Source: Camelus ferus (Eukaryota). Taken from it: 64,000 bases of DNA. Made by a program: the position numbers and the translations under genes. Below the pieces are notes generated by a model. That model was given only the letters and a program-made list of their open reading frames with translations. It had not been told where the DNA came from and made no database searches. The stretch covers positions 72,356,001 through 72,420,000 of the forward strand of contig NC_045697.1 of assembly GCF_009834535.1 (NCBI RefSeq). The letters run 5' to 3'. Positions 1-13,210 of the stretch are shown here, piece after piece (the first letter of the stretch is position 1; every line of letters begins with the position of its first letter).

Positions 1-809
1 ACTTTATTGAAGAAAAATAAATCAATTCCTAGCAGAGCTATTAGTTGATCACTCATCCATTGACAACTTGCATCATTTATTCAGTGCTATATTAAACAGT
101 GTATTGGAAGATAGATTAACTAATAGCTCCAAGCCTCCTAACAATTTAAATGAAAATTACAAAATGTTTGAGACCCTATTTTGGAATACAAAGGGTGTTT
201 GACTTCCAATTTCCATTCTCTGTAGAACAAGAACAGGTCATTCCTTTATTGACATGCATAAAATACATCACATTTTCTGTTCTGCTGATGCTATAAATTC
301 AATACCAATTCTCCAGCCACATCAGTTATGAGCATAAAGTATATCATGTAACCTCAAATCTCTAACAGTGGAAGGCTTAAACAAGAATGGATGCTGCTAG
401 AATAATGCTGCTTCCTTTGATGTGACAACTGAGCATCCATCTCCCTCCCCCTCAGATGATTCTTCAGCATGTTAGAGCAGTGAGGAATGGTTTTAGTCTC
501 ATAACCAAGTTAGAGTGAAGATATTGGCCACATAATACACATGCTCCATTTTTTTAAAAAATTCTGAATCTTGGGCAACTGTTCTCTTGTAACTACTTTA
601 CAGTTTCTAAAAGCAGTTATTGTCCAAAGCTGGAAGAACTTAAGTCTTCTCAGATGAGCATGTGAATGAATGGAGGGAGGTAAACAAAAAATAAAATTAA
701 AAAAGATGAGGTCTGATAGGGGAGCAGCCGGATAAGAAAATCAAAAAAGGAACAGTAATTTAAAGTTTATTCCAGCTATAATGCAGGTTATTCTGACTTT
801 AAGGTAGCA
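1..809 (-). other. UBE2D3: UBE2D3 3' UTR (may continue beyond the window edge)
   Basis: Lies downstream of the TGA at 810-812 on the minus strand, has no recognisable repeats, and carries minus-strand AATAAA at 765-770, 245-250, 76-81 and 3-8. Confidence 0.85.
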
Positions 810-855
810 TCACATGGCATACTTCTGAGTCCATTCCCGAGATATTCTGTTGTAC
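810..855 (-). CDS. UBE2D3: UBE2D3 last coding exon (K)YNRISREWTQKYAM*
   Basis: Manual translation; acceptor AG at 856-857 after a pyrimidine tract; stop TGA at 810-812. Confidence 0.97.
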
Positions 856-1107
856 CTGTAAATAAAAAAGAAATTATTTCAAAAGTTAAATAGTTCTCAA
901 TATATAAAGGGAAGGAAAGAATTTTTACCTTTAGACTCCTCTTGGAATCATCTTTAATGGCTGTGATTAGAATAAAGCCAACAAGGAAGAAAAAGCACTG
1001 GTACTCAAAGCAATGTAGGAAATGAGAAACTTAAGCTTCAATGTTCTAATACACAGAAAGTAGTGTTTTAATAAACACAACAGAATGGCACTGAGATTGG
1101 GGATGCT

Positions 1108-1111
1108 AAAA

Positions 1112-1146
<35 letters not shown>
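1108..1146. repeat. poly(A) + (AT)n microsatellite
   Basis: Directly visible. Confidence 0.95.
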
Positions 1147-1150
<4 letters not shown>

Positions 1151-2403
1151 GACCTTTTTTCTCCCCTACCACTAAGCTAATGTTCTATTAGAAACTCTAC
1201 GATTAGTATCCATTCCAACAAATTTTAATATTCAAAAACTTTTATAACTCATCATGGATCTGTATCAGAACACACACATTCTGTACATCTCCAGAAATTT
1301 CCATTAAAGCCAGACCAATTAACTAATAAACATTTTTATCTGAATCCTGGACTCTGAGAAGTTACTTGACCCTGGGTATTACCAGAAGAGAAAATGCCTT
1401 TGAGACTTTGGCACAGGCAGATTAATTCATTTGGGAAGGTGATAAAAGAGCAGCAGTTTAAGAGGTGGCTATGAGTGATATGGATATGTATTAATCAAAC
1501 CCACGTGTTACTTTTAAAACGTGACTGGTGCTAACAAGCCCAACTTAAGACCCGATGAATAGGACTCCAGGAGTACAACTGGGGGCACCTTTTAAAAAGA
1601 TCAACAGGTAATTCACACTCGAGCAAGATTATTACTGAGAAAGATCACTAATATTGATAAAAGCTATCAATTTCTCCCTGTATTTACAACCATGCCATAA
1701 GCTACTTACCAAAACAATAAATGTAATGATAACCTTAAGAAATGAGTATCAAAGGGCATAGATGTTTTGGTTTATAATTTGAACTCTGTAAAATATCAAC
1801 TAACTTCATTTCGAACTGAAAACTAAGCATGGTTCAATCACTTTTCTAAACTTTAACATATAGAAGTTCTACCAATTCATGGTTACCTCATTAAGGGATA
1901 CCTCTCATAAAGCCAGCACTTTAAAACAAAGGTTTCACTTAGCATACAGGGAGCCCACAAAGTACAGCTGACACTAATGCATGCTTGTCAGTAAATGAAC
2001 ATTTAGTTTAGATGCTTAGGCTTACAAGTGTTTTTTTCTCCCTTAAATTAATTATCTCTTGGTAAAATTTTAACTAAGTCACCACATTCCATATAGTATT
2101 GAAGTTTAAAATATATCAATTTTAAAGTTAAAATTTAAATACTGTAGTAGTTTGAAAAAGATACTAAAATGTCCACTTCTTACTACTGCTATATAACTGC
2201 TTTGCCATGCAAAAATACTCTCAAGCAATAATGACTACTGGGTATACTTTCACGCTAAACAGATCAAGCAGTTAAATGTACAGTTTTCAGAAAACTGCCA
2301 CATCTGTTACCTTTTGTTAGTTATTACAGTGCCTTAACGCATGCAGCACTCAAGTGCTGGCAGTACCATAAGTAAGCGCACCGTAGAGTGCAGTTCCTCT
2401 TAC

Positions 2404-2453
2404 CCTACAACATAGCGTATTTCTCTGTCCACTCTCTTGCTAACCTATTGTAC
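2404..2453 (-). CDS. UBE2D3: UBE2D3 alternative cassette exon encoding C-terminus (K)YNRLAREWTEKYAML*
   Basis: AG acceptor at 2454-2455; same phase as the last exon; stop TAG at 2405-2407; donor G|GTAAGA at 2403; paralogous to exon 810-855. Confidence 0.92.
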
Positions 2454-2886
2454 CTAATTGAACAAGTATACTTAGCATTAATTATAACATACGAAAAGTT
2501 ATAATGATAAAGTTGTACATATAAAATGGTACATACATGAAAAATTTAAACCAAATTTTTACAACAGTACCAGTATTTTTTCCAAAAAACATAACTTGGG
2601 TGAAGAAAAAACAGCTTTCTTCCCCAAAACTTAAAAGTGACAAAGCACTGAGCATGTTAGAAAAATAGAAACATTTTAGAGGGGCTATTTACTGTCACAT
2701 AAACCAAAGCCTAGTATTTAAAAAAAAAAAAAATCACATTTCAGTAACTAGCTTTCTGCACATTTCAACTATCATCTTACCAGAAATAAGCATTGTCTTC
2801 TTGGCATTGCCACAACTTACAACAGAGAATAAGCCTAACTCATTAAGAAAAGCCACTTTTTATACTCTTTCATTACTACATACTTA

Positions 2887-3003
<117 letters not shown>

Positions 3004-4319
3004 TTACCCATCATTAGAAATTTGAATAAATAAAATTATCTAAAAGCATTATTATAAATCTAAGTCCTCAAAAGACGTTTATTAGTTTATATCTTAATCT
3101 CCGTAAGACAAAGCTTTACAGACATTTTGCTTCATAGGAGACAAGCTCCTGGTAAATAAGGAATACTAAAAATGGAGCTTTGTTGGCATAAAGTTGACTG
3201 ACTAGCTTTAAAAATATTGCCAAATTCAGGAGCTCTGCCATAGTCAAATAATGCCATATTAGTTTATATTAGCTTTTAAATTAGAACTTGAGCAAGTGAA
3301 GTTTCTGGGTACTCTAAAGGGGGTGGTCCTTAAATAAGAGTACCTGGGGAACATTGTATGTTCTGTGCAATATTATTCTTAGCTGTTCAGCATGATAAAA
3401 AAAATCAATTCCCTGTCCTGCTGTCAGGGGAGTTTCACAAAAACTCCCAGCTGCCTCACCGACTATGTTTTGTTCCCTGGAATTTGTAAGATAGATACCA
3501 TATCCCCAAAAGTACTGGTTAAATTAAACACTAAGATCTATTACTAAGTAAGCCTTCAACTATAGCTCTTATCCCGACCTCTTCATCAAAACATCAACTT
3601 AAAAGATGCCAGTCATCGTGGAACATGTATCTATTCATTTTGAATGCCTGTTATGTGCCAGACACTGCAAAGTTTTATACAAGTTTAAGATACAAAAGCT
3701 TAAAGTGGTATCACAACCCTTGGATGAAGATAAGAAGCAATACCATAAGGAAAGACAATATTAATGTAGTGCTGTTACAGCAAATACAATTTTAAACCCA
3801 AAGTGCAGGGGTGGGGGGCAGATATAAAAGTCAACCTACATTTACAACAGTGTTCAGTATTACAGTGCATTCCCAACGATGGTAGAAAATACTTGGAACC
3901 TAGTATTATGGCATTCTTAATACCATTCATCCAAATTGTTTTTCTTTCTCCCCCAAAATTGTTTCCAATCAAATAAAATATTGGGAACACTACACAGTCC
4001 CCTTAAAGGAAGGAGATTCAAATGCATGCAAGCACATGAAAGGCTTTATGATGTCCTGCCATAAAAAACAAAAACAAAAAACCTGTTTCAGTTTGCATTT
4101 ATCATACTCATAAAAACAAAACTTTGTAAAACACTATTAACTATTTTAAGAAACAGTTTGGGGAAGTATTCAGCTAGAAAATAAGAATGCCTGGAGTTAG
4201 CTGCTATCCTCAAATATCTCAAACACTGTCATAATTCGCAACATTAAAAACTAATTTTGTGTATCTAAGGAATGCTAAGCCAATATCAAAAACTGAAAAT
4301 TAATTTAAAGTTAGACTCC

Positions 4320-4719
4320 CATTCTAAGTGAAGTAAGCCAGAAAGAGAAAGAAAAATACCATATGAGATCGCTCATATGTGGAATCTAAAAAAAATGAAC
4401 ATAACAAAATAGAAACAGACTCACAGACATAGAATACAAACTTGTGGTTGCCAGGGGGTAGGGTGGGGGGGGTGGGAAGGGACAGACTGCAAGTTCGAAA
4501 TCTGTAGATACTGACAGGCATATGTAGAATAGACAAACAAGATTACACTGTATAGCACAGGGAAATATATACAAGATCTTGTATCTTGTGGTAGATCACA
4601 GCGAAAAAGAGTGCGACATTGAATTTAAGTATGTTCATGTTTAACTGAAAAATTGTGCTCTACACTGGGAATTGACACAATATTGTAAACTGACTATATA
4701 ACTCATAAAAAGAAAAAAA
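4320..4719 (+). mobile_element. 5'-truncated young L1 3' end (lineage-specific)
   Basis: L1 ORF2-end/3' UTR motifs; A tail; target-site duplication AAAGT(T/C)AGACTCC at 4307-4319 and 4720-4732. Confidence 0.9.
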
Positions 4720-5421
4720 AAAGTCAGACTCCTTTCCCATTAAGTAGTTTTGTGGTAAGTGATTTTATTTATGAGGTCAAAGTGACATAAAAGCCACGAG
4801 AGTCATTCAAAAGAGAAAGAGATGGAGAGACACTCCATCTCCAAGATACCGACATGGAGAATGGACAACCTATTAGGGATGTCACAATAATGGATCCCTA
4901 TTAAAATAAAGGAGCAGAACTGATCTAGAGAACTTTACCAACACTATGAATTTTAGACTTATTAGACATGAACAAGGAACCCATCATGATCACGTAACAC
5001 ATAACTGAAGTTTTTTTTTTAAGGTTTTTTTAAATCTAAAAAATAAACACAGGAAAGCAAAACCAGAATCTTCCTGTAAGAAACCTCAAGTTTAAAAGTT
5101 CTATTAACTTAAGGTATACATTTTAGTTAAAAGGCAACAAGTGAGTGATCTGTGCAAGTGGCTTGGTACTGTAAAATACTACAGAAATCTGTTGAAATAA
5201 ACTGCTATTGTTATTTGCAAATAATGCCCCCCACTCTAATTTGAATGTTAATTTCTCTCTACAAAATCTCTTTAATCAATATTTGCTAAAAGAGCAAAAA
5301 TGATGTTAACTTTTTATTCCTTTTCCCACCTTCATCAAAAAGTTGGCATTATAAAAATACTCAGATAAGTAGGCTCAAAAATTAAACTCTTTTATAACTA
5401 TTAGAAAATTAGAGCAGCTCA

Positions 5422-5550
<129 letters not shown>

Positions 5551-6679
5551 CTAAAATAAATAAAAACAACTTTATGTATTTTTCCCAAATAAAAACAAGC
5601 ATCCTAGGATAACTTTGGCAGAAGACTTTAGCAAGGCTTAAAATATTACCACAATTACAAAAAATAAAATGGCTACAATGTAATTCATACACATAAAAGG
5701 ACCAAATATTACAGAAACTAGTTTTTATATTCCAAACAAGATCCCATAGGGGCTCCCTCTTTTTAACTAAAACGGAAAATACAACGCTGTGGCAAAAAAA
5801 GTTCATTATCAATAATATGGTGTGTTGTTCTAAAGGTTAACTTTAAATAGCAATTTGAAACATACTTAACATTCACTAAAAAATAAGGAACTTCTGAATG
5901 TAAACCAAAATGTACAGACCAAGACCAGTTCATTTAAGGTATCAAGTTGCAGACGTGTGTTTGAGTTTGCATTTCCACCGTACATAAAACATAAATCTGA
6001 GTATCACAAAGGTATTTCATCTAAAGTCCTTGTCATATTGCACCTACAACATAACTGAAGACATTTTTAGTCAAGTGCGGACGTTCTATACATGCTATCA
6101 TCCACACTCATTCATGTAGGTTAAATTTACCTTAACGGCTCTGAAAAATCAAGGCCCATATGCTTTTAATACCTATAAGCCAGTCACCCCAGTGCATTAA
6201 GCAACTAAGTTTTGATAAATTTACTGTGTGCAAACTCAAAGCCCAAAATATATTACAGTCTGTCTAAACGCAACACAAATATGGTATAATTTGCAGTAAC
6301 ATGTGAAAATGCATACTGAAGTTGAATATTTGGAAGCCTACTAATGTAAGACACTAGGGTTAATAATCCAAATCTGTATAAGCCCAAAAAAAGGAAAAAA
6401 AAAAAAAAAAAAAAAAGCTTCCACATGGTATATTTGAAACTTGCAATACTAAGGATAAAGCACTTCTTATCTCCATTTATGAAGTTCAAATCTAGGTTTA
6501 GCTGGTCTTTTTAAAGGTTAAGAGTCAGCATTCAATATCAGTGACTCAATTCAATATATGTATTTTGTTATTTAGCCTCACTTTTTCTTATCACTATACA
6601 TTCATGCCAATTTAGCCTTAACTTACGCAGAATCCTAATTTCTAAGAATGTTCTATCCCTCTGAAATAAAACAAATCTA

Positions 6680-6796
<117 letters not shown>

Positions 6797-8869
6797 TTAA
6801 CTTTGCTATTTAAAATATTATTGCTAAGTGATTCATTTCTATTTTCTAAGCATTTCTCTAATACAAGACAAAATTACCTATTTACATGGAAGAGTCTAAG
6901 CTATTCCACAGTAAAGTTCATATTAATGAAAAAAACACAGTATTTACCATAGAATAACTCTAATTTACTTAGATCCTATTTTACATAAGTCACCAAAGAA
7001 TTTTAGGAAAAAAAAAATCTAGAACACAAGGTTCTAGGATCCCGATTCTCACTAAGTATACTTAGCAATATAGTCTACATACAGTATTATGTATTAAACT
7101 ATAATTTGAAAACAAAATCTTACATTTATGTAATATTTCTTCTAATGATAGACACACACAACACACACACAATGGTTTTGTACAACAGGCTATTCTGGTC
7201 ACTGACAAATCAAAAAGTTAGCTATTATAGGTAATACAACTCCCTTCAATAGAAATACAACAGAAACAAAACAGGTGTTAAAAGAAAATGTAGTTCCAAT
7301 TTTGGCTCCTCAAAGTCCTCATTTAAAACCATGACAAGTTTTTTCTTCAAAAGCATACTACTGAATTCTCCACAGCAAATCAATACATAGGATTACCAGA
7401 TTTGGAAAACTGTGGAATGTTTGTTTTGTCCATTTCAACAGAAAATATAAAAGTTCAAGTTACAGCAGTACTTTTTCTCTTTAGCCGTTTTGCTCATTAT
7501 GGGCATGAAGAACTCCTTAGTAAATGAGTATTATACAATGTTAGTATGAAGTAACATTTGGGAGAAACTTGCCAGGACTTTACATTTAATTTAACCAATA
7601 CTAGGAAAAAGATATCATTGTTCTAATTTTCCAAGTGAGTAAAATGGGACTTAAAGTAATTTAGTCAAATATACAATTGTATAAGATAGAACCAAGATTC
7701 AAACCCAGGCCTTATCAACACCATTAAATAATGAAAGATGGTGACCTAGTCAAGGATTTTAAGGTGAAAGTTTAGAAAATTATATGGAATTGACTGATTG
7801 CCTCCAGATATGCAAATCAACCTGAAGATGTGTTTGAAAATTTGCATTAACTGAGTTACTACCAACACCCATTTTTCTTCATTAGAGAGTAAGCATGTAT
7901 ACAGCGCCAATATGGGCTTTTTACTATGACCACTCTGGACGTCAGAAAAATAATCTCTACAGGTCTGGCACTTTAATATAGCTCATTTAATCCCCAGCTC
8001 TCTCAAATATTAAACATTAGTTGAATTAATCTAACTTCATTCTATTTCCTAAGTAAGTACAAGGGACACAGAACAATTTCTTTTGTCGATGAGCTTACAG
8101 TCTCGTAAAGAGACATGCAATGAAATGTTATAGGTAAGAAAACAAGGTATTATACCTGGGGTTTAAAGGAGAAAGGTCAATTTACTGATAACCAAGTTCA
8201 AAGAAACATGCAACAATTAAATTAAAAAGCTATTAAGTAAGTCGTTCCTACTCCCAAGCCCCTCCTTTTCACTGTCTACAAATTTTTAATTTAAAAAACT
8301 TTGTCTACAGAAGAGCATCTGAGAAGTATAGAAAAACAAATCAAAGCAAGGCACCAGAACTGGATCTAAATTTATTTGATTAACATATCTTTGTTAAATA
8401 ATACAGCTACATTAACTGTAAATAGATGCTTCGAACAGCACTCTTTTATAAAACAGGCCAATACTGAAGCCATATGTTTGTACTCAGTACAGTTAACAAT
8501 TTAAGGGTGATGCTAAACATTAAAAGTTTTAATTAAACCCAATTTCAAAAGTTGTTTAAGCTTTCATAAGTTTCATACAATCAAGCACTCAAGCACTCTA
8601 TCTGACTGCTACTCAAAGGCAGTCTAATAAGATTTAGGCAAAGGCAAATTTCATTTGTTCATAAAACCTTACAGAATAAAAATATTTCAGTGTTACAAAT
8701 AAACATTAAAATCAAAGAGGACAAACTGGTAAAAACCATACACTATCTGGAGGTAACCAAACTGTGCCATCTGAAAAAACTAAGGTTCTATGTTGAACTT
8801 ACCATAAATTGACAGCAAATACACCAAGGAGAACAAAAATGAATACTCTGATCAGCGAATTGACCCAAT

Positions 8870-9960
8870 CTTAGAAATATGAAGTACATATTGGATCTCT
8901 TCTTTAGAAACCTACCCTGGTTTTGCTCCAATCAGGGTGTCTGTACTGCTCCTCTCTAGTGTCTGTACTCTTTCCCTAAGGCAACCATAATATATTGGTA
9001 TTCCTACAGATCCATCTTCTGCTTCTATCTCCTGTCTCACACTTATTTTGGTAATTCAGGAATCTATCTCTGGTGCAGTTATTTACTCCAGGACTTATAT
9101 TCAAATAGCTATTGAGTATTTCTACTTGGATGTCTCATGTGTCTAAATAGTAGTAAATAGGATTATTTACTCCAGAACTTTATATATTCAAATAGCTATT
9201 GAATATTTCTACTTGGATGTCTCATGTGTCTAAATAGTAGTAAATAGTAAATAGTAAAGCCACAAATCAGGATTTATCACTGATTCCCATCTCCTCACAG
9301 GTAGTTATCAAATCTCAAGGATCCTTCAAGTCTCCTGAAGCAGATTCCTCTCCTTTATGCCCACTGCCTTATTAGTTCAAGATCTTACTATCTTTTGTCT
9401 ATTTCATGGCAATGGCTTACTACTGGTATTCTTGCCTTCTTGGGCTTTTCCCTCCAATTTATGTCTCACCATAATGCTAAAGTGATCTTTTCAAGATACA
9501 AGTTACTCTCCATCTTGAAATCTAGCACAGCTTTCAAGATAAAGTTCAAACTCCTGTGCTTTATGATCTGGTTCCCACCAATTGAGTTAGTCTCGTTTTT
9601 CACCTCTTCTCCAGAAATACCCTTTACTGAATATAAAGTAAGTATATTTCACATCTCCCTTTTCTACTACTATTACTTTCCCTTACCTGGAATATTCTTA
9701 TCTGCAGGACCCTAGTTAGGTCCACCTTAAGCTTAAGTGTCTTTAAAAAAATAAGTAACAGCCTTCCCTTTAGTCCAAAATGCTGGCTGCACCCTCCCCC
9801 TCTTTATATACCTCGTTCTGTAGTTACTATTATCCAACATAATTTTAACTCATTCACTTAATTTCCCTCTTACACTACATTATCAAGCTCCTTAAAGAAT
9901 AAGGTGTTAAGGAGGAGTTTTCATGTATCATTAGTCTTAGCAGGAGGAAAATAATACACT
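8870..9960 (+). mobile_element. Degraded L2 LINE fragments
   Basis: L2-like phrases (ttctacttggatgtctc, aagataaagttcaaactcct, ttcccttacctggaat); boundaries approximate. Confidence 0.6.
9079..9247. repeat. Tandem duplication of an ~83-bp unit
   Basis: Copies at 9079-9160 and 9163-9247 are nearly identical. Confidence 0.95.
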
Positions 9961-12763
9961 TAACATAAATTGAAAAAGTTAACCCTTATGGACCAATAAA
10001 ACAATTCTCATGGACCAATTATTTTAATCCAGATGGTTTTTGTAGCTGATTCTGCTCAGGCTGCCAAAGGTTACATTATTCACAGATACAGTACTTTCTC
10101 TACAGCTCTATCACAGTCTAGGTGGAAGTTAGTGTCGTTCTCAAAATAATTTCAACAGTTCTCTGCCAGCTCTATTTCCAATTAAAGAAGCACGTGAATA
10201 TCAGAAACAACAGATAAGGAAGTTAGTTTCTCCTCACTGCATCAATTCTCTGTGGAAATTTCCCTAACATAGTACAAATAAACCAGCCAAAGTTTAAAAA
10301 CCACATAACTAGCACAATGCTCCGTCAATTCTTTCAAAGATTGTTTTTTATCAGTATTTGTGCTTCCAAAGTATCTTACCTTCAGAGAGAATACGCCAGC
10401 ACACAGGTTTTAAGAACCAAACGTTTTTGTTCAATGAGCAAGAGCATTTCCTGACTATAATCCACCAAATTCCAATAGTAACTCTCTACTGAAACCTAAA
10501 TTAGATGATGCTCCACTCCTTGAACAGAAATCTTTAGTTCTGTGACACTGCCATCACTCTGACCTAAGAAGTACTCCAAAGCCAAAGTCATTTTGTTTAA
10601 CATCTGTTCTTCTAGCAAATCTGCAATTTATGGAATGTTATGCTGCCACCAGCCCTACTGTTTTGGGTCACATCTGCATGCCACTTAGGGTAGGCATACC
10701 AACAAAATATTATCTAATCAAACTGTAATGTTTTGTCACAAAGATGCAGTCAAAAATCAAAACAACACTGTTTCACTGATACACCTCATAGTAAAAATAA
10801 CTGTTTACAGGCTGGCATATAAATTTAGGTTTTATTTATGAAGAACACAAATAAAATATGCATTTTGGGTGAGTTTTTATAATTTTTGACTCATTCCTGA
10901 AGTTACCTAACAGTAAGAATTAACTTCCTTCAAAAACAAGTACATTTCAGAGAATAATGTTACTAAGGAAAAACTATACAGTTATGGCATAAATATATTT
11001 TTTGCTTTTGTTGTTATGAAAATCAAATTATTTGTTTTAAGCAGAAAACTACTATTCCTTTATATTCGAAAGGGCGCTGAAAAAAGTTTAGCAAAGAGGA
11101 GCCATAATATAAAATATATATAAAATTAATGAAAAATGTTTCCTGAAAATAAAAGCAAATCAAGTAAACAGCTAAAACATTTGTCAGGATAAGCAATCTG
11201 TCTTCTATTCTCTGGAAAATTACTACTATAAATTCTTCTTTTATACTTCACTTTAATTTACTACTGGTGTATTCCTTACCTTTTGGAAAGGAATTAAGTA
11301 AGTAAAGTCTCAAAAGTCAAGCAGAGAAACACCACACTGGTTTAACAGTTGGTTTTACTACGTACACCATCCAATTAGAAGTTGTGATTACCAACTCTTT
11401 TGTGCTTTATTAGTACTGACAACTAATTTTTATGAGACTACCTTAAAGCACTCTTTGAATCAAAGATGAACTTCATTTGGTACAGATATAAGGCAGTTTA
11501 CTGAACTATTTGCTCTGAAAATTGGTGATCTATAATGGGAAAATTCTAGAAGCTGGAAATTCAAGTGCCTAAGTGGACCTGGCAGCAACTGTAGCAGACA
11601 CACACTTCATCTGAATAGGGAGGTAGCTGCTACGCCATCCGAAGCCAACTGTGGAATGAGGGCCTAGTCAGAGGGTTTTTAGGCAGACTGTCAACTTTTA
11701 AAACATTGGTGGGCCAAACTGAGTAAGCCAACAGTTACTTAAATCATGTGTATTTAAAGAAAAAAAATCACTTTTTTGTCAACAAATTAGAGAAAAGGAA
11801 GCACTTAAAACAGCAAAAACAGACCTCGAGATAATGGGAGAACAATCCTGACTCTATAGTTTTTATTAGGATAATTCCAGACACATCTCAAATCTCATTA
11901 GATTTACCGTAAGAACTCCTGAATAAACCACTTACTGATTCAGCCCATCCACTGGCTTTTTTTTCCAAGGGCATTTCTTCTTTTAGAATTATAAATAGTT
12001 ACTTAGTGACCATTATCTCACCTAATATATTACTGCCATTTATGTTGAGATTAAAATACGGGGGGGGGGGGGGGCGCAGAAAATTCAGTAATACACACAC
12101 ACACAATTTGAAACAGAAACCCTTAACTGCCTTCCAAGTCAAAAGAAGTTAAGTATTGTGCAAGATATAGTCTTACCCCAGGATGTTTTACTGCGATCTA
12201 ATTCTGTGAAATTCTTAGATGGTATCCATAATTCTGATTATTCAATTATCCAGCATATACAGTTTCTTATCTACCCAGGATAAAAAGGAATTTTGCTGTA
12301 TTCAAAATATCACTTTCTACCTAAAAATATTCACATTTTGTATGAAACTAAAGGTCTTTTAAAAACAAATCAAACATCAAAATAATACAATTAAGCTAGA
12401 TTTTTGGCAGTTACTCAAAGATCTTACTCTATTCGTTTAACACCATGGTACAGCCAGAAAATTAATGGGCTCTATAAATCAGGAAGCTCTGTGACAATGC
12501 TTTACACTGCTATGAATGAAAATCAGATTACAAGGGATATTTGATAGGTCATAGAAATGCTATACACTAGAACCTGGACACAGGGACATACACTTATAGT
12601 ATATTGAACAAATGACTAGTTGTTTCTTTCAAAAGCAGTACAACTATGGCATATCCAAAACAGAATTACAATGCAATAAAATAAAGCTAAAGACTTAAAG
12701 ATTACTAACTAGATCAATGTTACATTTTTAATTAAAAGCAAAAACTTAATTTTCAGTACTTAC

Positions 12764-12795
12764 AGGTCCCATAATTGTGGCTTGCCAATGAAACA
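12764..12795 (-). CDS. UBE2D3: UBE2D3 coding exon 3 (MFHWQATIMGP), 32 nt
   Basis: Translation; TAG acceptor and GTAAGT donor. Confidence 0.97.
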
Positions 12796-12880
12796 CTAGA
12801 AAAAGAAAACACTCTTGTTATCTAAAAATGCACAAGCTTTTTTGAAACTAGCCATAAAAATCAACTCGAAAATTACTTAC

Positions 12881-12944
12881 TATCATCCCCAACTGGACCT
12901 GCAGAACATTGTGCTGGAGGGTCACGGGCCAAATCACTAAGTTC
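12881..12944 (-). CDS. UBE2D3: UBE2D3 coding exon 2 (ELSDLARDPPAQCSAGPVGDD), 64 nt
   Basis: Translation; AG and GTAAGT boundaries; 85-nt intron to the next exon. Confidence 0.97.
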
Positions 12945-13210
12945 CTACACCAAGATAGAAAATGCTGGGTCATGTAAACATAATAGAAAACACAAGCAGG
13001 AGAGTCATCTGCTTCCAGTTATTTTTACACCATTCTTTAAGGAACATATCACAGTTCACATTAACAATACCTTCTATTAGGAAAGAAAACGTAAGTCACC
13101 CTAGTCCAGTTCCCAGGAGATAACAGGGATACTTATTTTATGGACACATACCAAGACAATAACCTTGGCTAGGGGTTCCTAAAAGACACACTGATAGGAA
13201 CTTTTATTAT

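Noticed and set aside
810..2453. Exon 2404-2453 as a pseudogene fragment
   Set aside because: Intact splice sites, correct phase and mostly conservative or synonymous differences argue for a functional alternative exon
2484..2502. loxP-like sequence ATAACATACGAAAAGTTAT
   Set aside because: Lacks the 13-8-13 structure; coincidental
9079..9247. CRISPR-like or other repeat-spacer array
   Set aside because: Only two adjacent copies, no spacers, eukaryotic intron
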